From assembly GCA_017429285.1 (NCBI GenBank), contig JAFRPF010000001.1, forward strand, positions 40,299-104,298: 64,000 nt of DNA, given 5' to 3'. Both the position numbers and the translations under genes were made by a program. Source of the DNA: Bacilli bacterium. Its GTDB lineage: Bacteria; Bacillota_I; Bacilli_A; RFN20; CAG-826. The notes beneath the pieces were generated by a model, which saw only the letters and a program-made list of their open reading frames with translations, made no database searches and was not told the origin of the DNA. Below, in pieces: positions 22,497-32,662 of the stretch; the first letter of the stretch is position 1, and every line of letters begins with the position of its first letter.

Positions 22497-22970
22497 TTAA
22501 TCCTCCACCTTTCTAATCATATATAAAGCATCTTCACCATTATCGTAATAATGTGGTTTGACAAGTTCTTCTTTAAAGCCATGTTTTAAATAAAAATTTA
22601 TAGCTTTAGTATTTCCTTTTCTTACTTCTAAAGTAAGAGTTTGAACTTTTTTAGCATAACAATCATTTATGATTTCATCCATCATCGCACTACCGAGTTG
22701 TTTTCTTTGTAGTTCAGGATGAACCGCAATTTGGACAATTGTCGCAGAATCAAATGTATGCCAATAATCACAAAATCCCACAACAGATTTAAGATTTTGA
22801 GTTTTCTCTTCTAATTCAATAACCCAGAAGTTACTGACTGGGTTTTCATGCATCTCGTATTTGATATGACTCTCTGGAAAAGGATTAGAAAAGCATAAGC
22901 CTTCAATTTCCATGATGGCAGGGATATCATTATCGGTCGCTTCTCTTACTGTGACGTATAAATAATCCAT
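22497..22970 (-). CDS. rimI: GNAT acetyltransferase, RimI type
   Basis: IAVHPELQRKQLGS, LEVR..N..AI.FY and YY.NGEDA; usual position between tsaB and tsaD. Confidence 0.9.
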   Translation of the reverse strand: MDYLYVTVREATDNDIPAIMEIEGLCFSNPFPESHIKYEMHENPVSNFWVIELEEKTQNLKSVVGFCDYWHTFDSATIVQIAVHPELQRKQLGSAMMDEIINDCYAKKVQTLTLEVRKGNTKAINFYLKHGFKEELVKPHYYDNGEDALYMIRKVED

Positions 22971-22972
22971 AA

Positions 22973-23557
22973 CTAATCCTTCATATAAATAGGTTTGACC
23001 GCTAAAGGATTAATAGAAGGCTCTTTAATCTTTTTAAGTTCTAATAATTCTCTAGCGATATCAGGTTTCTTACCTTCAATACCTAAATAAGACGTATTTC
23101 CACATAAAACAAAATGAGGATGCTCTTTGATAAATTCAAGCACCTTATCATTAGTCAAAATGCAATCACTAACGATGACTTTTTTATCTTCATAAACGCC
23201 GAAATAAGATCTACCACTTCTCGCATTAATGACACAAATTGAAGGGTTTTTGCGGTCTTTTTGACATCTTAATGAGCTTATTTCATATAATTTGGCATCT
23301 AAAACAGTAGCGATGGTTTTTGCTATTGTAATCGCAATTCTAACACCGGTATATGAACCAGGACCGACCGCAACTACAACCTCTTTAATATCATTTCTAG
23401 ACACTTGATATTTATCTAATAATTTATCTAATTCTGGAATCATATGCTCAGACTGTTCTTGCCAAGCCTCATAAGAAATGCTTTCTAAAAGAATATCGTC
23501 TTTGGCTAGACCGACTGTTAAAGAAGTGTTTGATGAATCTAATAAAATGGTGATCAT
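22973..23557 (-). CDS. tsaB: t6A biosynthesis protein TsaB
   Basis: LDSS, GPGSYTGVRI and NAR motifs. Confidence 0.93.
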   Translation of the reverse strand: MITILLDSSNTSLTVGLAKDDILLESISYEAWQEQSEHMIPELDKLLDKYQVSRNDIKEVVVAVGPGSYTGVRIAITIAKTIATVLDAKLYEISSLRCQKDRKNPSICVINARSGRSYFGVYEDKKVIVSDCILTNDKVLEFIKEHPHFVLCGNTSYLGIEGKKPDIARELLELKKIKEPSINPLAVKPIYMKD

Positions 23558-24012
23558 TATTTAATAATCTCCAAAAGAGAATCTTCTTTAGCTATAAATT
23601 TAATTTGACGTCTATCATCACCTAAATTAATAATTTCGACATTTAATGAATTATTAGGAATTAAATTTTCTATAAACATCGGCCATTCAATAACGGTAAT
23701 TCCGGTTTCATAGCCAATATATTCATCTAAGCCAATGTCAGTATTAATATCCGCTAAACGATATGCATCAATATGAATTAATGGTCGATCTCCTTTTAAA
23801 TAAATCTTCATGATGTTAAATGTGGGAGATTGAACGATTTCTTTAATATTTAATCCTTCCGCTAAGCCACGAACAAAAGTTGTTTTACCAGCCCCTAAAT
23901 CACCTGTTAAACAGATTACTGTTCCATTAGTAAATTTATCTGCTAATCTCTTAGCAAGATTCATGGTTTCTTCTTTACTGTTACTAATAACAACTTTTTC
24001 TAACATGGGCAA
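23557..24012 (-). CDS. tsaE: t6A ATPase TsaE
   Basis: GDLGAGKT, SPTF, HIDAYRL and IEWP. Confidence 0.95.
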   Translation of the reverse strand: MPMLEKVVISNSKEETMNLAKRLADKFTNGTVICLTGDLGAGKTTFVRGLAEGLNIKEIVQSPTFNIMKIYLKGDRPLIHIDAYRLADINTDIGLDEYIGYETGITVIEWPMFIENLIPNNSLNVEIINLGDDRRQIKFIAKEDSLLEIIK

Positions 24013-24024
24013 AATTTAAAGCCT

Positions 24025-24570
24025 CTATAAGGCTTTTTCTTCTTTCTTTTTCGTCATTTCAAGAAACTCTTGGAAATACTCTTGTATTTTTTGATCATCG
24101 AAAGGAAACTCTTTCTTTTTCATCTTCTCAATAATCAAAGAAGTGGTATATTTCAAAACCGTATCTAAATCATCGCCATATTTATATGTAGCACGGTGAT
24201 GAGCATATTCTTTTTCATCTAATACTTTTATTTCGTTATTAGTGAATAACTTAGTATCTAAATCGTAGTCGATATATAAAATCGTATCTTTAGAAATAAT
24301 AGAGGGGGAAGCAATGTTGCAATAATAACAAATGCCATCTTGTTTGATCATACAGATAGCGTTCCACCACTCCTTTTTAGAAAAGATAGTAACGGCTGGC
24401 TCTTTAGTAAACCAACGACGTCCATTACTTTCAATAACTTTCGCTCTTTTAGTCGCAGTCACGATAAAATCAGCGTTATTTTCTAACACTAAAGCGCGGT
24501 CCCAATAACGATGGAGACTGCCATTATGCTTAAAGCATTTAATACCGAACCAACGACCGACGATGGACAT
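24025..24570 (-). CDS. DUF402 family nucleotide phosphatase (YgaC/Ntdp-like)
   Basis: FKHNGSLHRYW, YYCNIASP and YIDYDLD...LDEKEY. Confidence 0.85.
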   Translation of the reverse strand: MSIVGRWFGIKCFKHNGSLHRYWDRALVLENNADFIVTATKRAKVIESNGRRWFTKEPAVTIFSKKEWWNAICMIKQDGICYYCNIASPSIISKDTILYIDYDLDTKLFTNNEIKVLDEKEYAHHRATYKYGDDLDTVLKYTTSLIIEKMKKKEFPFDDQKIQEYFQEFLEMTKKKEEKAL

Positions 24571-25616
24571 TATTTTTCCTTCTTATTATTTAATAAATCA
24601 AGAGCGTTAAAAGCTTGTAATAAATCATTAGCAAATTGTTCATTTGGTTCCTTTTGGAATTTCTTCTCAAAAGGTAAGGCCATAATGGCGTCATCATAAG
24701 ATAAATACATCGCAGAATGACCACTCCAAATAACAACCGAATAACCTAATAAATGCTTTTCAACAGCGACTTTTCTAATTTCTTTTAAGAAATCTTTGCC
24801 TAAATCAGAAGCAGGCTTATTGCCTTCTTTTCCGTATAAACGGAAATTAGGTTCTTCTACTAATACTTTTAAATCGTCGATATCAGTTGGCAAATCAACT
24901 GGCTTATCGTTAAAAGCACTTAAGATATAACGACCTTCAAAATGTAAATCGTTAGTGAATGATAAATATTTTCCAACGAACGCGGAAACTCTTTGTTTAC
25001 CGGTTCCACTATATAAGCCTAAATCGCCAACTTTAAAGGTTCTATCGTTAAATTTTCCATTAACAACATTACGAGAAGCAATATTAGTTAAATTCTTAAA
25101 TATCGCATCACTGACAGGATCAGATAATTCTAATTTCTCGTCTTTATCAACAGTAACATTTTGATATTTATTATCAGAGAAGTTACGAACATTCATCTGA
25201 TCGTTAACTACTTTAATATAAGCGCGAGTAGCATTAGGCATGGTGTTATGAGTAACGATGTAATAAGTAATCATTCCCACTAATGCAACACCAATTAAAA
25301 CCCAACCAGCAATTTTAAATCCAGAAGGTTTTAAGCCAATAAATATAACTGATGCCACCGCTAAAGCTAAAACAACACCCATCGCGATGTAGCTATTTCT
25401 TCTACTATTTTTATATTTTCTTAAGAAATCGATTCTAGCATCTTCGATGACTTGATCATAAGTCTTTTCACCAGGTACTGGTTTTTCAATAGCGACACCA
25501 CTTGGTAATAAATCATTTATATCTTGTTCAGGAAGAGGTTCTGTTTCTTGAGACACTTCTTCAGCTTTCTGATTTTCTTTTTCTTCACTAATAGTTTCTT
25601 TCTTTTCTTCTAACAT
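24570..25616 (-). CDS. Hypothetical membrane protein (2 TM plus a soluble domain)
   Basis: 348-aa ORF with an acidic N-terminus and two TM helices. Confidence 0.75.
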   Translation of the reverse strand: MLEEKKETISEEKENQKAEEVSQETEPLPEQDINDLLPSGVAIEKPVPGEKTYDQVIEDARIDFLRKYKNSRRNSYIAMGVVLALAVASVIFIGLKPSGFKIAGWVLIGVALVGMITYYIVTHNTMPNATRAYIKVVNDQMNVRNFSDNKYQNVTVDKDEKLELSDPVSDAIFKNLTNIASRNVVNGKFNDRTFKVGDLGLYSGTGKQRVSAFVGKYLSFTNDLHFEGRYILSAFNDKPVDLPTDIDDLKVLVEEPNFRLYGKEGNKPASDLGKDFLKEIRKVAVEKHLLGYSVVIWSGHSAMYLSYDDAIMALPFEKKFQKEPNEQFANDLLQAFNALDLLNNKKEK

Positions 25617-25700
25617 AATTAGGCCTCACTTCTAATAAATATATCACAATTAATTATTAATTAATACGGAAGATATTATTTGTCTAGCAATTTCGATTAA

Positions 25701-25729
25701 TTGCAAAAAGATTTTAATCGGCATATCAT
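25701..25729 (+). promoter_or_regulatory. Sigma-A promoter of the TPP leader
   Basis: TTGCAA-17-TATCAT. Confidence 0.75.
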
Positions 25730-25730
25730 A

Positions 25731-25817
25731 AATTCCGGGAGCTGAACGAAATTCGGCTGAGAGGGTTCTTCTTGGAACCGACCGTACCTGATCTAGGTAA
25801 TTCTAGCGGAGGGAATT
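25731..25817 (+). promoter_or_regulatory. TPP riboswitch aptamer
   Basis: GGGAGC...GGCTGAGA...ACCGTACCTGATCTAGGTAATTCTAGCGGAGGGA with P1 AATTCC/GGAATT; upstream of thiT. Confidence 0.95.
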
Positions 25818-25835
25818 TTTTATTTGATATTCCTT

Positions 25836-25863
25836 CCCTCATTATCACGAGGGTTTTTATTTT
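25836..25863 (+). terminator. Attenuator terminator of the TPP riboswitch
   Basis: CCCTC-ATTATCAC-GAGGG-TTTTT. The aptamer's GAGGGAA can pair with TTCCCTC as an antiterminator. Confidence 0.8.
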
Positions 25864-25879
25864 AAAAAAGGAGATTCAT

Positions 25880-26938
25880 ATGATTAAGACATCAAATTAC
25901 ATTAGAACAATTTGTGAAATCGGTATGTTTGCTGCGATCGGATTTGTTCTTGATGAATTACAAGGCATTTTATCTAAAGGCCTATTTATTAATGGTGGTT
26001 CAATTGGTTTTGCCATGATTGCCGTTATCATTATTGGATTTAGAAGAGGGTGGTTACCAGCTATCCTAACTGGTCTAATAATGGGATTATTTGATATCGC
26101 CACTAGCGCTTATATCATCCATCCAGCACAACTATTCTTAGACTATATCCTCCCATATGCTTTTGTGGGCTTGGGTTGCTTATTTAAAATACCGTTTGAT
26201 AAAACTGATGATAAAAAGAAAAAGATAATGTGGTTATCAATCGCTACTTTAGTAGGTGGCATTGCTAAATTCTTTTCTCACTATTTAGCAGGAGTCATTT
26301 TCTGGTCAGACCCATCTGGATTTGCTTGGAATCTAACCAATGTAAATGTCTACCTTTACTGCTTTATTTATAACATTGCTTTTATCGGTCCATCAATTAT
26401 TATTTCAGGCGCCCTATTAATCCTTGTGTATTTAAGAGTACCTTCAATATTTAATGTCAATTCGATTAAGACTGAAGAGCCACAAAGAGATAATTTAAAG
26501 ATATTTGATTATGCTTTTAATTCCACTCTTTTAGTGGGTGGATTATTCTGCTTCATCTGGTATTTAATCGATTATATAAAAAGCTTTGCTATCTATAAGG
26601 AAAACGGAACAATCGATTACAGTTTTAATCCAGATAGTATGTTAATTTTTATTCTTGCATTATTCTTAATTGTTTTAGCAGTTTTGTCATTTATTAGGAT
26701 TAAAAAAGGCAAATATTCTGAGTTATTTGGCTCTTCTGTTGCTTTATCAATAATATTAATGTCATTAATTTATGATATTAGTAGATTAATTAGAATGTAT
26801 GTTAAAGGCAAAGATCCAAAGATTTATTGGATTTGGTTTATAGTTGCTATCGTGATATCTTTATTATTTGCCAGAATTGTGATCTATTTTGCAGTTAATA
26901 AGAAGAAAGAAATTAACGAATCCAATCAACAGGCTTAA
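25880..26938 (+). CDS. thiT: ECF thiamine S-component ThiT with an extra C-terminal membrane domain
   Basis: GGSIG, LDYILPYAFVG, HYLAGVIFW and YN motifs; TPP riboswitch upstream; start at 25880 with an AAGGAG RBS. Confidence 0.85.
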   Translation: MIKTSNYIRTICEIGMFAAIGFVLDELQGILSKGLFINGGSIGFAMIAVIIIGFRRGWLPAILTGLIMGLFDIATSAYIIHPAQLFLDYILPYAFVGLGCLFKIPFDKTDDKKKKIMWLSIATLVGGIAKFFSHYLAGVIFWSDPSGFAWNLTNVNVYLYCFIYNIAFIGPSIIISGALLILVYLRVPSIFNVNSIKTEEPQRDNLKIFDYAFNSTLLVGGLFCFIWYLIDYIKSFAIYKENGTIDYSFNPDSMLIFILALFLIVLAVLSFIRIKKGKYSELFGSSVALSIILMSLIYDISRLIRMYVKGKDPKIYWIWFIVAIVISLLFARIVIYFAVNKKKEINESNQQA

Positions 26939-27584
26939 TCTTATTCTTTTTTAAGAAATCATTAGCCTGACGGAAATGATTATTATTAAACCATCCTCCA
27001 TGATTCGCCGCTAAAGGAGACGGGTGAGCCGACTCTAATATTAAGTGGGTAGGATTGTGGAGGAGTTTTTTAAACTTTCTCGCACTATTACCCCAAAGCA
27101 TAAAAACAATTGGATGACTTTGTTTGTCTAAAACTTCCATAACATCTTGGAAAAATAACTCATATTCTTTAATGTTATGACTCATCGGTTCATGAGCCCT
27201 AACACTTAATATGGAGTTAAGTAATAAAACACCTTGCTTTGCTAGATATGTTAAATCTCCATTATTAGTGGGGAAGCTTGTATCGTATTCATTCATTATC
27301 TCTTTATATATATTCACTAATGATGGAGGAACTTTAACAGATTCAGGAACTGAAAAGGATAAACCCATTGCTTGTCCTGGTTCATGATAAGGATCTTGGC
27401 CAATAATCACAATCTTAACTTTGTTAAGAGGAGTTAATTTAAAAGCATTAAATAATAACTGACGAGGTGGATAACAAATTGTTCTTTCATATTCTTTATC
27501 TAAAAATTTATGCAAATTAATAGAGTATTCTTTATCTTGAATGCTTTTAAAGAATTCTCCCCAAGTCTTTACAATTTTATCCAT
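26913..27584 (-). CDS. ung: Uracil-DNA glycosylase
   Basis: GQDPYH, GVLLLN and HPSPL. Confidence 0.97.
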   Translation of the reverse strand: MDKIVKTWGEFFKSIQDKEYSINLHKFLDKEYERTICYPPRQLLFNAFKLTPLNKVKIVIIGQDPYHEPGQAMGLSFSVPESVKVPPSLVNIYKEIMNEYDTSFPTNNGDLTYLAKQGVLLLNSILSVRAHEPMSHNIKEYELFFQDVMEVLDKQSHPIVFMLWGNSARKFKKLLHNPTHLILESAHPSPLAANHGGWFNNNHFRQANDFLKKNKIKPVDWIR

Positions 27585-27637
27585 AGCAAAATGATATCAT
27601 TTTTATAATTTATATAAAAAGGTTTATAATAAAAAAC

Positions 27638-28720
27638 ATGAAAACACTATTTGTCTTCAATCATCCAGCTCCATATAAAGTTAATGTTTTTAATGAATTA
27701 GATAAGATAACAAATATCGATGTCGTCTTTGAAAGATCATTTGCTAAAGATAGACCAGCTTCTTTTTATGAGAACAACGAATATAACTTCGAATGTATCT
27801 TCTTTAGAAAAGGATATTTTTCTCGCGAAAATACATTTTCTGGCGAATTAAAGAAATTCATCAAAAAGCATTATGAAAACTATGACACGATTGTGATGAA
27901 TGGTTATAGCACAATCGCTGAAATGCGCGCTATACGTTATATGATTAAACATGACATTCCATATATTCTTCAAATTAACGGGGGAATTATAAAGAAAGAC
28001 TTCCCGCTTAAAAAGAAATTAAAAACATATTTTATTTCTCATGCTTATCGATACTATTCACCTTGCCAAGAAGCGGATAATTATCTCATCCATTATGGCG
28101 CACTTCCTAAAAGAATTTTCCACTATCCGTATGGTAACTTTTTTGAGAAAGAAATATTAAAAACCCCATTAAAACCTGCTCAAAAACTAAAAATACGTCA
28201 TAAATGGGGACTTCCCACCAATAAACTTTTTGTTAATGCTTCCCAGTTTATTGAAAGAAAAAATAATATGCAGCTCATATCCATATTTAAAGGTAGAGAA
28301 GAAAGTCTTTTATTAATTGGTTCCGGTAAAGAAAAAGAAAAATATAAACAATATATAAAAGATAATAAACTAACGAATATCATCATTATGGATTTCAAAA
28401 AGAGAGACGAATTATTTGAAATACTTTCATGCGCTGATGCTTTTATCACTCTTTCTCATGAAGATATATTTGGCCATACCACATTAGAAGCAATGGCTAA
28501 TGGCTTACCAGTTATCTCATCTAACAAAGTGGTGTCTTCGTTAGATTTAATTGAAGATGGCAAAAATGGTTTTATAGTCGATAACAAAAGTAAGGATTTA
28601 ATTAATAGAGCGATCAATAATGTCGATAAATTATCACCAAAAAACGCTCTTGAAGTTGCTCATAGAAATACAATTGAAAATACCGCTAAAGCTTTAAAAG
28701 AATTAATAATGAAAAGATAA
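27638..28720 (+). CDS. Glycosyltransferase, GT4/GT-B
   Basis: DIFGHTTLEAMANGLPVI (EX7E-like C-terminal motif). Confidence 0.85.
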   Translation: MKTLFVFNHPAPYKVNVFNELDKITNIDVVFERSFAKDRPASFYENNEYNFECIFFRKGYFSRENTFSGELKKFIKKHYENYDTIVMNGYSTIAEMRAIRYMIKHDIPYILQINGGIIKKDFPLKKKLKTYFISHAYRYYSPCQEADNYLIHYGALPKRIFHYPYGNFFEKEILKTPLKPAQKLKIRHKWGLPTNKLFVNASQFIERKNNMQLISIFKGREESLLLIGSGKEKEKYKQYIKDNKLTNIIIMDFKKRDELFEILSCADAFITLSHEDIFGHTTLEAMANGLPVISSNKVVSSLDLIEDGKNGFIVDNKSKDLINRAINNVDKLSPKNALEVAHRNTIENTAKALKELIMKR

Positions 28721-29874
28721 TGAAAATTATTTACGTTACTACCGCTCAAGAAGAAAAAGATTATCGCTCTTTCATGAAATTATGGAAGATCTCTTTAAAT
28801 GCTTCTAATCAGAATTTCCATAACAAACTAATAAGAGCCTTATCTTTAGATAACCAAGTCGATGTCATATCAATAAGGCCTTTTTCAAGGCATAATTTAA
28901 AAATTAAAAAACTTGTTTCTGAAACAAAGAATGAGGAAAACATTACATGGCATTATCTAAAGAGATCTGGAAATAGAATAATAAGAAATATCAATTTAAC
29001 CGGTGAAATGAATAAAGCTTTCTCTTCGATTGATACGAAAGAGGCTATTATCCTTGTGGATACCATTAATCCTTCTTTATTAAGACAAGTTTTAAAAATA
29101 AACAAAAAGTATCATCTATCAATAATGGGAATATGTACAGATTCACCAAGCAATATTTCTAAAACTAATAGATCATATACATTGTATATACTAGATAAAA
29201 CCAAAGATTTTGATGGTTATATCGCTTTGACTGATGGGCTTAAGGATTTATATAATCCTAACAATAAACCATCCTATATTTTTGAAGGTTTAGTGGAAGA
29301 AAGAAAATTTTCGAAACACGAAGAAGACAAAAAGCCCTATCTCTTCTTTGGTGGCGCTTTAATGGAAAGATATGGAGTCTATAATTTGATCTCCGCTTTT
29401 AATGAACTAAATAATTCTGATATCGATCTATATATATGCGGTCATCATGGTGATAAACAAAAACTTAAAGAAGCATTTAATAAAAATCCTAACATTAAAT
29501 TTTTAGGTTTATTACCGGTGAATAAAGTAATGGAATATGAACATAATGCTTTAGCATGTATTAATCCTCGTCCATATTCTGAAGATTTAGATAGATTCTC
29601 TATACCGAGCAAGACACTTGAATATTTAGTAAGCGGTAGGCCAGTTATATCTGTTAAGAACACCAAATTAATGGAGAAATTCCCAAAAGATATTATTTGG
29701 ATAAAATCATCAGATAAAGATGATATTAAAGAAGGTATAAACAAAGTATTATCTATGACTGAAGTTCAAAGAGAAAACCTAGGTGAAGATGCAAAAAATA
29801 GAGCATTAAAGCTCTATTCATTAGAAAATATTGGTGGTAGCATCACTTCATTTTTGAAGCAATTCGTCAGATAA
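28720..29874 (+). CDS. Glycosyltransferase, GT-B (GT4-like)
   Basis: PSKTLEYLVSGRPVIS motif. Confidence 0.8.
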   Translation: MKIIYVTTAQEEKDYRSFMKLWKISLNASNQNFHNKLIRALSLDNQVDVISIRPFSRHNLKIKKLVSETKNEENITWHYLKRSGNRIIRNINLTGEMNKAFSSIDTKEAIILVDTINPSLLRQVLKINKKYHLSIMGICTDSPSNISKTNRSYTLYILDKTKDFDGYIALTDGLKDLYNPNNKPSYIFEGLVEERKFSKHEEDKKPYLFFGGALMERYGVYNLISAFNELNNSDIDLYICGHHGDKQKLKEAFNKNPNIKFLGLLPVNKVMEYEHNALACINPRPYSEDLDRFSIPSKTLEYLVSGRPVISVKNTKLMEKFPKDIIWIKSSDKDDIKEGINKVLSMTEVQRENLGEDAKNRALKLYSLENIGGSITSFLKQFVR

Positions 29875-31038
29875 AATTTTATTAACTTTTAATCCACATT
29901 TTTCAATAGAGAGATTGCTAAAATAATACTCTCTATTTTTAATACCCATTTCTTTTCTTTCTATAGTAGATAATGAATACATTTTATTTATAGCTTCCGC
30001 TACTGATTCTGGATTTGGTTTAGCAATTATATTTCCACCCGCGTTAATTAATATATCTTTGCCATCACCATCTAATACACCAATAATTGGTTTACCAAAG
30101 GCTAAAGACATCATTAATTTATTAGGAATTGTTTTGCCAACATATCCATATCCATCTAAGGAAACATATAATACATCAGCGGAGGCAAAATAAGATGCTG
30201 CTTTATTAGCGACGATTGGTCCATGGTATATAACTTTATCTTCTAAACTATATTTATTAATTAAACCTAATAATTCATTTGATTTAGGCCCCATACCAAT
30301 AACATGAAATTGAATATTGCTATTATTTATTTCTTTCATAGTTTCAGGAATAAGATCAATTAATTGAATTAATCCTAAGTTACCACAATAAAGAATATTA
30401 AATGGTTTGTTGTACTTATGAGGTTCAGCGTTATTTACTTCCACTAAAGAAGGCAACGCCACAAAGGAAGTATCAACATCAAGTTTTAAAACATCTTTGA
30501 AATAATCTTTATAAGAAGGTGAACCAATTATCACATGATCAACTTGAGAATATAGTTTTCTAGACCATTTATATAAAATCTTATAAGTTAAACTATTCTT
30601 TCTAACTGCATGAGTGGCAATAACGCTTTCTGGCCACAAATCAACACAGTGAACAACATGCTTCACGTGGTGTTTCTTTTTATAAATATTTCCAGCGGAT
30701 AGAATAGTCACTGGAGACATCGACATTGAATAGACAATATCGTATTTTTCCTTGCAATTCTTTGCCCATTTCTTAGAATTTGTCCAAAAAGATAGGTAAT
30801 TTCGAATAATAGATAAACGAGATTTTTTTCTTGGATATAAGTTAACACGATGAACCTTAACACCATGAATTTCTTGGTATTTAATATTCTTATATTCAGG
30901 AATAATTTCACCATACCCATAATTTGGTTTACCAGTTAAAACAGTAACATCGTTACCTAGTTTCACTAATTCTTCACAAATATTTGTTAGAACATTATTC
31001 TCTGGAAAGTAATATTGACAAACAACAAGTATCTTCAT
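29848..31038 (-). CDS. Glycosyltransferase GT4, WbuB-like
   Basis: ILVVCQYYFPE, LTGKPNY, DLWPES and IPNKL...LAFGKPII. Confidence 0.88.
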   Translation of the reverse strand: MKILVVCQYYFPENNVLTNICEELVKLGNDVTVLTGKPNYGYGEIIPEYKNIKYQEIHGVKVHRVNLYPRKKSRLSIIRNYLSFWTNSKKWAKNCKEKYDIVYSMSMSPVTILSAGNIYKKKHHVKHVVHCVDLWPESVIATHAVRKNSLTYKILYKWSRKLYSQVDHVIIGSPSYKDYFKDVLKLDVDTSFVALPSLVEVNNAEPHKYNKPFNILYCGNLGLIQLIDLIPETMKEINNSNIQFHVIGMGPKSNELLGLINKYSLEDKVIYHGPIVANKAASYFASADVLYVSLDGYGYVGKTIPNKLMMSLAFGKPIIGVLDGDGKDILINAGGNIIAKPNPESVAEAINKMYSLSTIERKEMGIKNREYYFSNLSIEKCGLKVNKILSDELLQK

Positions 31039-31129
31039 GCTCTCTATTTTATAGAGGCGTGATTTAAAATGCTATATCAAAATAAATAGTGTTTTTATCG
31101 GTGATAAAAAATATGTATGATTATAAGTA

Positions 31130-32662
31130 ATGAAAAACGACACGAGAATAAATGTTATCGTTAACATAATAAGGACATTTGTATTGACCTTATTATCTTT
31201 CATCACTTTTCCATGGGTTTGCCGTTATTTAGGTGATTCCGCCGTTGGTGCATATACTTGGGCCAATACATTTGTGGCTTATTTTTTAATCTTAGCAAAA
31301 ATAGGTATTCCAAATTTAGCGGTTAGAGAATGCGTTAAGGTTAGGGATGATAAAGAAAAGCTATCTAATAAAGTCCAAGCCTTCTTCATCTTACAACTGA
31401 TTGCAACAATGTTATCTTTCGGTTTAATGACCGCTGTTGTTTTCTCTGTTCCTGCTTTAAGGAATTCAAGTTCATTAATTTTTATATTATCAATCAACTT
31501 CTTAGCGGGCGCTTTCTCCTTTGAATGGGTATTCATTGCTTTAGAAAAGCAATTTTATATGTCAGTCCGCTCTATCGTCGCTTTAACATTAAGCGCGATT
31601 TTGGTTATCGTTTTTGTTACCAATCCAAGTGACTTATATATCTACGCATTAATCGCTGTAAGCGTTACTTTAATAACAACGATATCAAACTTATTCTATA
31701 TAAGAAAGTTTGTCTCATTTAAAAAGACGATGCCTTATGACTTTAAGCAATTTGCTAAACCACTATTTATACTATGTTCATTATCTTTAATCATTTCTTT
31801 ATATAACCAAACCGATACTTTCATCTTAGGATTCATCAATGAAGATAAAAGCGAAGTCGCTTCTTATTCTGTAGGTATTAAGGGTATTGATATCATCATT
31901 GGAATTATAGCTGGCCTATCAACCGTCTTTATTCCAAGAAGTGCCTATTATTATCAACAAGAAGATAAGAAATATTTCAAAAGACTAACTAAATATTCGA
32001 TGAATATTTGTTTCTTTATTGTGTTACCTGCCATTGTCACTATGGCGGTATTATCTAAACCAATTTGTTCCTTAATATCTGGTAATTTTGATTATCAAAC
32101 TTCATCGGGAAGTTATCAATCAGCACCGACGATATTAATTATCTTAGCATCTATGATGCTCACCTATTCTTTAGGCGATATTATATATGGTCAAATCCTA
32201 CTACCAATAAAAAAGGAAAAATATTATTTAATGGCAATTGGAATAGGAACTTTATTAAACATTTCTTTATCTTTAGTCTTAGGTGGTTTGCTTCCTAAAT
32301 ATGTTTCCTGGTTAACTCCTTCAGTAGGTGTTGCTATTGGAACCGCGATCACAGATTTATTGATTATCATTTTCCTAGTTTCCATTACTTGGAAATGGGT
32401 GAAAGAAGCTATCTTCAATAACAACACATTTAAACTATTAATCGCTAACCTAATAATACTTGGAGTAACAATTGGGTTATATTTCTTATCCAACACCATT
32501 TTTGCAAAATTTAGTTTAGCGGAATCCACTATCGCCATGCTTCAAATTGTCATCATTATTTTAATCGACGCGATTATATATCTCCTCTTCTTAGGAATTG
32601 TTAAAGAGGATTTGGTATATTCTTTTATAAGAAAAGATAAAAAGGAGATATCTAATGTCTAA
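31130..32662 (+). CDS. wzx: Polysaccharide flippase, Wzx-like
   Basis: LSFITFPWVCRYLG...G..TWANT...YF...AKIGIP; about 14 TM. Confidence 0.85.
   Translation: MKNDTRINVIVNIIRTFVLTLLSFITFPWVCRYLGDSAVGAYTWANTFVAYFLILAKIGIPNLAVRECVKVRDDKEKLSNKVQAFFILQLIATMLSFGLMTAVVFSVPALRNSSSLIFILSINFLAGAFSFEWVFIALEKQFYMSVRSIVALTLSAILVIVFVTNPSDLYIYALIAVSVTLITTISNLFYIRKFVSFKKTMPYDFKQFAKPLFILCSLSLIISLYNQTDTFILGFINEDKSEVASYSVGIKGIDIIIGIIAGLSTVFIPRSAYYYQQEDKKYFKRLTKYSMNICFFIVLPAIVTMAVLSKPICSLISGNFDYQTSSGSYQSAPTILIILASMMLTYSLGDIIYGQILLPIKKEKYYLMAIGIGTLLNISLSLVLGGLLPKYVSWLTPSVGVAIGTAITDLLIIIFLVSITWKWVKEAIFNNNTFKLLIANLIILGVTIGLYFLSNTIFAKFSLAESTIAMLQIVIIILIDAIIYLLFLGIVKEDLVYSFIRKDKKEISNV

Noticed and set aside
25772-25879. 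N-terminal extension of thiT given in the ORF track
   Set aside because: It runs through the TPP aptamer and terminator; the RBS supports ATG at 25880.
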